NCBI GenBank assembly: GCA_964016885.1
Contig: OZ024754.1
Location: 17,112,001-17,176,000, forward strand
Direction of reading: 5' to 3'
DNA: 64,000 nt
Source: Eledone cirrhosa
Lineage: Eukaryota
Shown: positions 12,483-24,960 of the stretch, one piece after another
Position numbering within the stretch: the stretch's first letter is position 1
Layout: each line of letters opens with the position of its first letter
Notes under the pieces: generated by a model
The model's input: only the letters and a program-made list of their open reading frames with translations
Told to the model about the DNA's origin: nothing
Database searches by the model: none
Program-made: the position numbers and the translations under genes

Positions 12483-14278
12483 GTAAGTGGTCATGACAAC
12501 ATGCTTCTCTCCTTTCTCTCTCTCTCTCTTTAATCCCCTCTCTCTTTCTCTAGCAAACACACTCTCTTTCACTCTAACTATAACTCTCCCTCTCCTCATA
12601 CTTTCCTTTTTTATTTATCAAGCAGTGGATTCCTACACTTTTTGGTGTCAATTCTTTTTTTTTTTTTGTTTCTATGAAGTTAAAATGAAGACTGCTTTTA
12701 CTACCATATACATTCTCATAATTTTCTCCTATCTATTGATTTTTTTTCTGTCATCCTTTTACCTCTCTGTGTACTTCCTTTCCTTCTCTATCTCTCTCTC
12801 TCTCTCTCTCCATCCCTTCCTCTTCTCTGACTCTCTAAATGACTTTCTCTGGTTCTTCTGTTCAACATTTATGGTGCCTCACATGGTGGTAGTGGTTTAG
12901 GAATTGCCTAACATCATGTTTTTCTGGGTTCATATTGAATGGGGAAAATTAATTCTTCACACACACAGAGATTATTACTAATAATATGGATCTACTGGTC
13001 TTATGAATTAATATTTCAATAGAAATATGAACTGAACATAAAGTGCTCACTAATTTTATTTTCCTCGTAATGTGGGATTTTGGTTAATTTTCGATCTATC
13101 AGTGTATGGATTGAAGGCAGTGGATTGGTAATATTGGTAAAGTGTTGGGCTAAATGTTCTGCAGTATTTAGTCATGACTTTTATGTTCTGAGTTCATATT
13201 CTTTTGTAGTCAGCTTTGCCTTTCATCCTTCTGGGGATTGATAAAATAGGTACCAGTTATGTACAGGGGTCAATATAATCGACTTTCCCATTTATTAACA
13301 TCATTTACGCCGGTCCAGTATCATCGATTTCCAAATCAATTTTTAAGCCAGACACAAACGTTTTATTGATAATGACAACATTAAGCATTAAATAATCACA
13401 ACTCTGCCATTATTATGTAATGGTTCTTCAAGATTATAGTATTCTATTGCCATTATTGTTTGATTTGTGAATGAATAAATACCTGAAGTTGTTGACTGAT
13501 ATCTTATGAAGCCTTTTAATGCTTCTTTTGTTGGTTTTATCAATTATATTCTGTTTACAAAATTTGCATTCTTTTATACTTTCACAAAAACCATTCATGT
13601 GTTTGCAGTACTCATGAAATAGTCTTCCTACACAGACCATATGCATATACAAAACACCCACACACAAACAGTTAATATAAAAGTTCCATATAGGATCAAA
13701 AGAGAAAAATAAGAATCATTCCTAAAGTTGTATAACTGAAATAGTGTTAAATAATAAATTGTTACTTCTCTTTAATTCCTACACATAATATAACAGAGTT
13801 TGTTAATTAATCCATCATTTATGATTAGCTTAAGTTGGCACAACTCTCACACACTCACATAATTTTCTTTATGTTAGGTTAATTTAATCAACATGAGGAC
13901 TAATTAAAAAGTGTTGTTGCTAACACACACACACACACATATATATGTAAGCATATTTTATCCAACATTCTAAGTGAACACCGGCTATTCTGGATTCAGA
14001 CATCTTTTTAGTATGACACCGTCATAATTTTGCCATATTGTGCCATATTGCCACTAAACATTATGTCAAAATAACATAATTAATACCGCCGAGGTTAACT
14101 TTGCCTTTCATCCTTACGGGGTCGATAAAATAAAGTACCAGTAATACACTGGATAATTGCTGGCCTTGTGCCAAAAGTAGAAACAATTATGTCAAAATAA
14201 CATAATTAAAAAAAAAAAGATTGGACCATAAAATTGATGACATTTAGTAAGCAAAAAAATATATTTGCACTTATATAC

Positions 14279-14470
14279 AGGTATATGCTCGAATCTAAGC
14301 CGACCCCACTATTTTATGTCTGTGAAATGGGTCAAAACCCGAACCTTATTTAAATGGAATTTGAAGTTGGTGAAACCATCAAAATATTGACTCCGAATAT
14401 AATCTGACCCCCTTCAACCATAGATCTTTTGGTCATATATTCCTTGGCTTATATTCAAGTATATATATAC
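14279..14470. mobile_element. Short Tc1/mariner-superfamily (Tc2-like) MITE
   Basis: Imperfect terminal inverted repeats gtatatgctcgaatctaagcc / ggcttatattcaagtatatat in a TA context. Confidence 0.55.
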
Positions 14471-15202
14471 TGTATTACAGTTTGGAGGATTTACATTAGA
14501 CCTTTTTATTGCTTTAATCAACTTGCATGATGCTTAAAACTCATCTTTTCGGTCAGCCATTTTATAACCTGTCTTACATATTTGTGTCTTTTAAAATAGA
14601 CTGTTTTTTAATAACTATAATTTTTGGAATATGGCTTGGTATATTTGGGATATGTGATTGCAACAATTAATTAATTAATCTGCAAATCATTATTTCTATA
14701 TTTTTGCAATTGTATTTTGTTAAAATTGAAATGATCATAAATTAAACTTCAGGCACAGATCCATGGTTTTTCGAGACCGATGGATGCCAATAACAATAAC
14801 GTGTGTGTATATATGTATATATACTTATATATGCACACATATACACACATATATATCATCATCATCATCATCATTTCATTTTACGTCCGCTTTCCCCTGC
14901 TTGCAAGGGTGGGACGGGAACTGATTCTGGCTTGATTTCTACAGCTGGATGCCCTTCCTAACACCAACCTCATTTACAGTGAGTGCTGGGTGCTTTTTTG
15001 CCGTGGCACCTCCACAACCACTTTGCAGTGGAATGATAGGGACCCCAGTCCCTATCATCTCATTTCTACAGCTGAGTAAACTGGAGCAATGTGAAATAAA
15101 GTGTCTTGCTTAAGGAAACAACACATCACCCGGTCTGAGAATTGAACTCCCAACCTTTCGATTGCAAGTCCAATGCTCTAACCACTAAGCCATGTGCCTC
15201 CT

Positions 15203-15240
<38 letters not shown>

Positions 15241-15308
15241 TACACATATATATATTATATATTATGAAATACTGTTGGCTTCATGCTCACAATAATTTCT
15301 ATACTTTC

Positions 15309-15342
<34 letters not shown>

Positions 15343-16439
15343 GAAGTAATTCCGTCGGAAAAGTCCAGGAAAAAAGAGTGCTCTATGTAGGTAACAGAGC
15401 TTAATAGTTATGTAATAAACAACATAAGGCAATTAAACCACTGGTAAATGGAATAATTGCCTTATGTTGTTTATTACATAAATATATATATATATATATA
15501 TATACATATATACACACACACACACATTACACACGTTGTTGTTGTTATTGTTATTGTTGTTATCATCCATCGGTCTCGAAAAACCATGGATCTGTGCCTG
15601 AAGTTTAATTTATGATCATTTATGATAATAATTGTTTCTACTTTTGGCACAAGGCCAGCAATTACCCAGTGTATTACTGGTACTTCATTTTATCGACCCT
15701 GTAAGGATGAAGGGCAAAGTTAACCTCGGCGGGATTTGAACTCAGACCGTAAAGGGCCGTAACTCTATGCTGCAAAGCATGGTGTCCGACTCTCTACTGA
15801 TGCTGCCAATCCACCATCATTTATGATAATAATAATAATATATATATTATTATTATTATTATCATCATCATCGACCTCATTTAACATTGATTTCCCTGCT
15901 AGGAAGGGTTGGATGGATCTTCACAGACCGACTCAGTGCTCAAGTTGAGTTACTGACCTTGGAGACAGACTGGGAGTTTACAGCTTGCTTACTATATAGT
16001 CATCATTAGTTTTACAGTTACTTTTCCATGCTTACATGGGCTGGACCATCAGCAATAGTATACCTTCGCTTATCTTCAATGTCACACTACCTTCACACAA
16101 AACACAATTCTTTGAGGGAACCTCTATGCAATGGCTTTAACTGCTGGAAGTGGTAGCATTCTCTTTCTCAAAGCACATGTGATAGTGTAGCACAAGGTAC
16201 ATCATCCACCTCCTCCTTCTTCTTCTTCTTCTTCTTCTTCTTCTTCTTCTTCTTCTTCTTCTTCTTCTTCTTCTTTATTCTGTTAGGAGAAAAGGCTGTG
16301 TTAGGTGTCTATATGTATGTGTGTGTGTATATATATAATTTCTCATATAGGATGGCGATATTTGTGTATGATAAAAAGCTGTGTTAGGAGATCACCATTT
16401 CCTATCCCACCTCCACCACCTTCGGTATACATGCCTGAC

Positions 16440-19400
16440 GCTGTATGCTAACCACTCCCTCGTGCATATACCACCTTAAACCCAATTCCGCTCAGAGCAG
16501 ACATGGGGTGGATGGAGGCTCTGTAAGCCGTAGTGTAGGCAACCTGTCTAGGAGAGCTACCACTCCGAATAAATTGGTCCCCTAAGTCCACTAAGATGAC
16601 TTCCCTAGTGCTGGTAGCACGAATAAAAGCACCCGGTCCATGCTGTAAAATGGAGGTAATGGTAGTAGCATTCAGCTATTAAAAACTATGCCAAACTATG
16701 GGGTGGAGGGGGCCGCTGAGTCCAGTAAGACAACCCCTCTAGTGCTGGTGGCACAAATAAAAGCACCCAGCCCATGCTGTAAAGTGGTGCTGGTGTTAGG
16801 AAGGGCATCCAACCAGTGTATTAATGCCAAAACAATTATGAGCACAACAACAAATATATATCGCAATAACTGCGTGAACAGCAATAAAACTAACCATGTT
16901 AGGGCTGTGCACGGTAGTGGGGTGGCTAGTACGGCCATGTGTGAGAAACCCTGGACCGTCATCAAGCAATCGCACAACAACATTATTATAAACCATTTTT
17001 CATTGCAGAAAAAGAAGAAACAATGAAATACTCATATCTCAGGGTTGCCACACTTAATGTTGGCACCCTGACAGATAGATATGGTGAGATAGTGGAGATG
17101 TTAGAGAGAAGACATGTAGATGTGTGCTGTGTGCAAGAGGTGCGATGGAGAGGTGCCTCTGCAAGACTAATCGCAGGCAAACATCTTAGCTATAAGCTTT
17201 TCTGGGTAGGAAATGATGATGGGTTAGGTGGGGTGAGCATTTTACTGGCTGAGAGATGGATGAATAAGACAATAGAGGTAGTTCGAGTTAGTAATCGAAT
17301 AATTAAGATTAGATTAGTTGTAGGCAAGAGACTACTGATAATCATCTCTATCTATGCTCCCCAAGCAGGCCTAGGCAAAGAAGAGAAAGACGGCTTTTAC
17401 GAGCAACTTCTAGAAACAGCCTCAATGACAGAGGACAGAGACCTAGTTATACTAACAGGGGACTTCAATGGTCATGTTGGACAGCTCCAGGATGGATACA
17501 CTGGGGTACATGGTGGTCACGGTTATGGCTCAAGAAATGAAGAAGGAGTGAGGCTTCTTGAATTTTGTGATGCAAGTGAACTAGCCATTTGCAACGCTAA
17601 CTTCAAGAAACCTACGAACCACCTAATAACCTACAAATCAGGCAAGCACATAAGCCAGATTGACTTCCTGCTAGTTAGACAACGAGACTGATAGATGGTG
17701 TCAAATACTAAGGCATACCCTGGGGAAGAATGTACCCCCCCCCCCCCTCCCAGCATAGGTTAGTTGTTAGTGTCATCTCAATAAGCAAGAGACAAAATGA
17801 GACATACAGGAAGGTGTGGAAAAGGAAGGTCTGGAAGCTAAAAAACCTTTCACTAAAATATAAATTTAGGAAAACCCTTCAAGATGTATGACGAAAAAGA
17901 AGACGAGTTAGAATCGAATGACAGATAATGACTGGAATTTTTTATGTGACAACTTACTGCAAGCTACTGAAGAAATTTGTGGCTGGAGCAGAGCTCCGAC
18001 CTGACAGACAGTGACCTGGTGGTGGAACAGCACAGTAGATAAGGCCATTAGAGACAAAAGACTAGCATCAAAGGCTTGGAAAAAATGGTGGGAGTAGAGA
18101 CCGATACACAGCCGCTAAGAGAGAAGCTAGACATCAGGTGTATTTAGCACACAGGGAAGCTGAGAGTAGGAGGTTTGCCAATGTTCTGCAGTATTCCGCA
18201 TTGCAAGGCAGTGTGTCACTATAAATCAGGATGTTGTTGGAGATAAGTGTGTCCGATATGATGCTGGTGTTCTTAGTGTCACTGATGCTCAGAAAAAGGA
18301 GGCCTGGAAATGTCATTATCAGAGACTGATGAATGTTGAGAACGAATGGGAGAGAAAGAAATTACCCTCAGTAGATCCGACAGAGGGACCAGCTATTGAG
18401 ATTGATGACTATAGGGTCAAAGAAGCAATTAAGGAAATGAAAGGTGGTAAGGCCGCTGGACCGTTGGGGATAGTTGCTGAGATGCTGAAGGCATCAGGAG
18501 AAGTAGGAACTAAACTGGTTGCACACATCATCAATCAGGCTATAAATGATGGTGTCATACCCAAAGACTGGTGCAGCAGTATTCTTATAAATTACTACAA
18601 AGGTAATGGGGATGCTCTGGAGAGGAGCAATTATAGGGGCATAAAACTGATGGATCAGGTTATGAAAGTGGCAGAGAGAATACTAGCATAACTAATTAGA
18701 GAAAGGGTCAAATTAGATAAGATGCAGTTTGGTTTTGTGCCTGGGAAAAGTACAACAGATGCCCTCTTCTTAGTGAGGCAACTACAAGAGAGGTTCTTAG
18801 AGGAGAATAATCCACTATACTTAGCTTTTGTTGACCTAGAGAAGGCCCTTGATAGGGTACCCCGATCTGCCATCTGGTGGTCCCTAAGGAAACTAGGTGT
18901 AGAGGAATGGCTTGTGAGGACAGTGCAAGCTATGTACAGGGGTGCTGTCAGTAAAGTGAGAGTAGGAATGGAGTTTAATGAGGAATTCCAGATACAAGAG
19001 TGTATCAGGGTTTGGTCCTCAGCTTTTGTTCATTATAGTCCTCCAAGCCATAATATAGGAGTTTAAGACTAGCTGTCCATGGGAACGTCTCTACACTGAC
19101 GATCTGGTACTTATAGCAAAATCAGTGGAGGAGCTAGAGTATAAATTCTGGCTCTGGAAACGGCAGTTGGAATCAAGAAGACTGAGAGTGAACATAGCTG
19201 TTGATAAGTAGAAAAGAGGACAATACTCTGATTCCATCAGGGAAATGGCTATGTTAGATTTGTAGAAAAGAAGTTGGCATAAATTCTATAAAATGTTCAC
19301 AATGCAGTTCTTGGGTACACAAGAGATGTAGTGGGATAGCAGGCAAACTAACAGGTAGCGAAAACTACACATGCAGTAGATGTACAGGGAAATTTGACAG

Positions 19401-20030
19401 TAGAAGTCGCAGTGATAGACACATTTTTCAAATGCAGGTAGCATCAATAGAGGTGGTTGATAGCTTCCAATACCTAGGTGATCAGATTAGCAAGGGAGGA
19501 GGGTGCTCCGAGGCCATAGTGTCTAGAATAAGGATGAGTTGGAAGAAGTTTAGGGAGCTGCTTCCTCTGTTGACAAAGAAGGGTTTCTCCTTATGAAAGA
19601 CAGGCCGGTTATACGATGCCTGTGTGAGATGAGCAATGCCGGATGGTAGTGAGACATGGGCAGCAACTGCGGAGGATATGTGATGACTGGAGAGAAATGA
19701 AGCAAGCATGCTCCGTTGGATGTGCAATGTCAATGTACGTGAACAACCAAGCATAGACGAGTTGAGAGAGAAACTGGGTATATGAAGGATAAGCTGTGGT
19801 TTATAGGAGAGAAGACTGCATTGGTATGGACATGTGATGTGCATGGAGGATGACTGCTGGGTAAAGATGTGCCAAGAAATCCCAGTAGAAGGAAGACACA
19901 GTAGAGGAAGACCTCGAAAAACAGATCGCTGAAGCTCACGGAGTAGATGACAAAGGACCGTGACAAATGAAGAGATGCTGTGCTGAATAGGACCTGTCCC
20001 ACCCTTGCAAGCGGACATATAATGATGATG
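16440..20030 (+). mobile_element. Decayed RTE-clade LINE (APE endonuclease + RT + PHD-like finger)
   Basis: 17023-17691 is APE (ATLNVGT, CVQEVRW, GDFNGH, SQIDF). RT fragments include NYRGIKL, QFGF.PGKSTTDA, FVDLEKA.DRV and LYTDD at about 19090. Many stops and frameshifts; (ATG)n tail. The 5' boundary is approximate. Confidence 0.92.
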
Positions 20031-20531
20031 ACCATTACCATCAGCATCATTTAGATATTAGTAGTGATATGTGTGGTTGATTGGTGCTGATTTTGCTGTT
20101 ACATTGACAAATCTCATTCCTTCATTGAGTTTGATTCAAGAATGATTATAAAATTATATGTTGTACTGATCTAATTAATAATTTTTTAAAGAATCATTTG
20201 AAGCATTTAATGACCTTAAAATCTGAAAATACTTAATTACATCGAATGTTGCTTAAGTTTTGATAGGAATCAAATTTTTAAGAAGTAGCTTAATGGCTAC
20301 TCATTTTAAAGTATAGTCAGTTGTGTGGTTTCTTGTAGTTTATGTGGTTGAGGTCAAGGTAAGAGGAGTAAGCTATAGGGAGTTGCGAGGGAGAAGCTAG
20401 TGTATAATACAATAAACGAGATAAAACTTGTTTAAATACTGTATATGTTTTGTGTGTGTTTGTTTGAATGTAAGTAAGCGTATGTGTAAAATGTATTCTT
20501 TTAAGATGTTTCTTTTTCACTCTACATACAG

Positions 20532-20666
20532 GAAGGCTCTCTGGAGCAAGCTATGATGGATGCATTGATCAATGATAGAGTGGATTTTGTTAAACTCCTT
20601 CTGGAGAATGGAGTGAGCATGAGAACATTTCTTACTATTCCACGACTAGAAGAACTCTACAATACG
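20532..20666 (+). CDS. TRPM: TRPM channel internal exon ([45 protein letters not shown])
   Basis: cag| acceptor, |gtaag donor, 135 nt, phase 0-0. Closely matches the TRPM1/3 motif [36 protein letters not shown]. Confidence 0.95.
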
Positions 20667-20838
20667 GTAAGCCACAATTGTATGTCTTAACTCTTTTTTC
20701 ATTTACAAGTGACAAATGTCACTCTGATTGGTTCATTCATTTTACTCTTATGAAGAGGACAACAAATCTCTTGTCCCATTCATGCCACCCATTATATATA
20801 TACTGGAAAATGTGTGACATCCTTGGCACAGTTAGGTA

Positions 20839-21134
20839 TATTTAAAAAAAGGAAAAGAATGACTTCACTTGTGGTTCTGAACAATTTAAAGATTCCTGGT
20901 TAACTTTCCTGGAGAACTTTCTCGCATTCGTTGGTGGTGATTGATGACAATCGCCACCAACAAATGCGAGAAAGTTCTCCAAGAAAGTTAACCAGGAATC
21001 TTTAAAAATTTCCCCACCGAAGTTAACAAAGAACTTACTGGATCTACCAAAACAAATTGTAAAATTATATTATAAAATTAAATTAAATTGTTTAGAACTA
21101 CAAGTGAAGTCATTCTTTTCCCCTTTTTAAATAT
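20839..21134. repeat. Nested inverted-repeat (fold-back) element
   Basis: Inner hairpin about 20886-21005 centred on gattg-atga-caatc. Outer arms aaaagaatgacttcacttgtggttctgaacaattt / aaattgtttagaactacaagtgaagtcattctttt. Confidence 0.85.
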
Positions 21135-21620
21135 CATCATCATCATCATCGTTTAACGTCTATCTTCCACGCTAGCATGGGTTTAGACGGGAATTGTCCC
21201 ACTTGAGGCAAGATTGGTTGTCTTGCTCGTATAGGACTGTCTGGCGGGTTTCCTATGGCTGGATGCCCTTCCTAACACCAACCACGTTTACAGTGTGGAC
21301 TGGGAGGTTTTTACCGTGTTACCTACACGGCCACATTACAGCGTGGACTGTGTGTTTTTTTGTCGTGACACCTACATGACCTCATTTGTTTCGGACTGGA
21401 TGTTGTGGTACCAACATAACTTTACAGAGAAAGGGGTGGTGTTGATGGGGTGAGGATAGGGGTAGTGGGATGGGGGTGTATTTTTGGTTAAGAGGTGCCT
21501 ACTGACTGTAGGTTTCGCTTTGTACTTAGGCAAGGCGGGTTTTCTGTATTACTGCGTAGCGCAAAAGATCTCGGTTCAGTGACATTGTCGTCTTGGAGAA
21601 GTGTAAGCGTGTAAGGTCGA
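21134..21620 (-). mobile_element. 5'-truncated 3' end of the same RTE LINE family as 53862-57960
   Basis: Highly similar to 53862-54340, including the (CAT)n tail. Confidence 0.9.
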
Positions 21621-23182
21621 TATATATATAATCACCAAGGTTCAATACATTGGTGTAATTCCTTTAAAGGAAACAGTTTTGTAACATAGAATCAAGGGTT
21701 GTTTTATGTTGTTTAGTAGGAACAGGGTTAATTTTTCAGTATTCGTCACCTAATAACCTTGTAATTAATATATAGTTGCAAACTTAATTACACCAATGTA
21801 ATATATTGTTAGAAAGTTCATTTTCACAAGCATTATTGGAGTTAAGATTAAATATAGCTTAAATATTGTTGCATACATAAGCCAGCTGATCTATTTTAGT
21901 TGAAATAGAGCCTGCACTGTTGTAGATTGTATCATTACAATACAAAAAGGGCGTTGAATTAATAGAATCATTTAGCATTTACATTACTCTATATTACTGT
22001 TGTATTTTTGTGGTAACATAATTATCTCACATAATATCAAATCTATGAGATTTTGATATTTATTTTGAGAACAATCACTTAACATTGGTATGAGTGGCTA
22101 GTTACAGCCAGTTTGAACAGAAAGAGGTGAGAGATTTCTGGCTGAATATGGCTGGTTTAAATGCTAATGGGTTAAAGCATTGGACAAATGTGTATTTGTT
22201 GTGGCTCTTTACATTCTGAATTCAAATCCTCCCAAGATAAACTTTTCCTTTTATTCTTCAAAGGTTACAAAAATAAACTACCAGTCACATATTTAGTCTA
22301 AAGTCTCAAGCCTGGAGGTTCATCAGACCAGGGCTTTTCCTGGTTTCTGTGGCATGAAGCAACATGAAATGAAGTGTTTTGTTCAAAAACACAATACACA
22401 ACTCAGTCCAAGAATCAAACTCACAACGTTATGATCATAAGTCCAACATCGTTACCACTAGGCCACGCACCTCCACAGTCATGTACTGGAGTTTCTATAA
22501 TTGACTTTCCTCTTCCCCATATTGCTGACTTCATGCCAATGTTAGAAAGAATTATGACAGTACAAAATGAAATGAGTAAAGATGTCATAATTGTAAAGAA
22601 ATTAAGATTTTGAGTTAGAATATAAACAAAAAAACTGTTCTATTGGGAATTTATTACAAACTGTAATATTTATATTTCCAACAGTTTATTTAATAAATGT
22701 TATGGCTTCAATTCCCATCCTAAATCTATCTTAAATAGCTAATATTTGAAAATTATAGGAAGTATTTTTTTTTTTCTTTTGTTAGAAATATGTTAACAAA
22801 AGGGTTGCTGCATTTCTAATGAAATGCACTGCCTGTCTGTGCCAATTAATTCTGTAAATAACTAAAATTTGGAGGAATTTAAATAAAATAACCAGGTTTT
22901 TGATTAGTAAGCTGATATTTAGAACATTACAAACATTTCTGAAATAAAATTATGATGGAAGGATTTCATAATAGTATGAAACTGAGTAGTTTTGTATGAT
23001 AAACCGAGGGCAGATTCAGACAGTTTTGTATAATAAAGAGGAAATAGGAACCCTTTAAAATGGGTTATTTCCTAGAACCAGAGCTAGTTTTGGATAGGTT
23101 AGTATCAAAAGTGTTAACACATTATTATGTTGTAATGTTTAATTCAGTGTGATGATGTTTACTTTCTTTCCAATCATTCCAG

Positions 23183-23233
23183 CGGCATGGGCCAACGAAC
23201 ACCTTACGGTACCTTATACGTGATGTCAAAAAG
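23183..23233 (+). CDS. TRPM: TRPM exon (RHGPTNTLRYLIRDVKK)
   Basis: ccag| acceptor, |gtaag donor, 51 nt, phase 0-0. Matches TRPM3 RHGPSNTLYHLVRDVKK. Confidence 0.93.
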
Positions 23234-24739
23234 GTAAGAATTGCAAACATTATCTCCAACTTTTCCTAACGTTTCTTATATGTTGAAAACTTGTGTTATT
23301 TCTAAAATAAAAAAGAAATATGTCTTTTTCTTCTGTCCCTTTGAGTCATCCTTCCATCACAGGTGAAGCATTCATTTCGCTTTTTCTAATGGCTAGAATA
23401 TATATGGCTCTCACACTTATAGGAATGATCAACAAGATCCCAGACCTGATTCACTTACTGTTTGAGGTGGAGCTTATCAAATCAGTCCAAAGAAACAATG
23501 TTTCCATTAGTCTTTCCATTGCTGTTACAATCTACCAGTTGCAACTCCTGGCAGAATGTGAAAAATGTGTCTTGTTCAAGGACATAACACATCGCCCAGT
23601 CTGGGAATCAAACTAATAACCTTACAATTCTGAATCCAATTCTTTAACCACTAAGTCACCTGCCTTCACGAAATATGTAGAAATATGCAAGTAGATATAA
23701 TCTGGTTTATAAAACTTAAAAATACATTTCACAAATTTTGCAAATGTAAAGCTAGTGGTTTAATAACAATCCAATGTTTGCCATTCCAGTCGTCACTAAT
23801 AAAAATTACTTCTTAGATATACCTGTTTCATTGATGTAATAATCTTTGACTAGTTATCTCAGTTTTATCTTTCTATGGATGGATGTCTTGAGTAGTGAAC
23901 ATGCAAACCAGCAAGGACAAGCTGGGAATATTGACAGGAAAGCATCATTTGCTGTGTAGTTAGTTACTAAGTGATATCTATCTGTCTCTCTCTCTCATTC
24001 TCTCTATTTCCCTCTCAACATTTTGTTTGGGGAAAAATAGTTTTGGTCTACAAACTCCTCAGATGACGAATGGCCTTCAGGAATGAATTTAGCTTGTGAA
24101 CCAAGGTTCCACTCTAGCATGTATCAGTCTATGGGAGGGTATATTTTATTAGCTTATAACCAACACATCACAATTTTTTCTCTTTTTTACTGTCAGACAA
24201 AAAACATGAGATTCTTCACTTCTCATGGCAATTCAACTAATCAAATTTGTGTGTGTACTAAAAAAAAAAAATGCCTGCAGTGGATTTGAAACCATTACCT
24301 CTGGGTTTGCAGTTCCATGATTCTGATTTAGCCCTTTCTGCTGCTTCATAATCTAAACGTACACATGTATAGTTTCACAATATTTTAATTACTGTAAAAC
24401 ATTCTTTCTCTTTGTTATTTTCTATAATATTTTAATGACCAACTGTTTTACACTCTTTTGTTGTGTCTGGTATTTTAATTATGAAATATTAATTTCATTC
24501 TGGCATGACAAATTAGGCGAGTTGTAGTTCCAACCCAGTTAATTATGTTTTAATATTAGATTCTCAGTCATTACAGGAAAATTTGCATATGACAATTTGC
24601 CAACCAACAATTTATCAATTAGCAATTTTACCCACAAGCAATCGACCAATTAACATAATAATTAATTGTAAATTTGGAAGGATTTAGTTAAACAACTAAG
24701 TTTCTTGTTATTTATCTGGGGGCTTGGAGCATAGCTTAA

Positions 24740-24960
24740 CCCTTTAGCATTTAAACCAGCTGTATCTGGCTAGAATTCTCTCACCTCTTTCTCTTCAAAC
24801 CAGCTGTAACCGGCCACTTATACTGACATTAAGGTGTTGTTCTCAAAATAAATAATATCAAAATCTCATAGATTCAATATTATTCGAGATAATTATGTAA
24901 GGTAAAACATTTACCATGAAAAAACAATAGTAAATATAGAGTAATGTAAATGCTAAAGGG
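24740..24960 (+). mobile_element. piggyBac-type MITE (about 220 bp, TTAA target duplication)
   Basis: TTAA|CCCTTTAGCATTTA ... TAAATGCTAAAGGG|TTAA. Other copies at about 21968-22171, 26310-26523, 34893-35100, 35217-35437, 36139-36357, 42872-43016 and 51852-52056. Confidence 0.88.
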
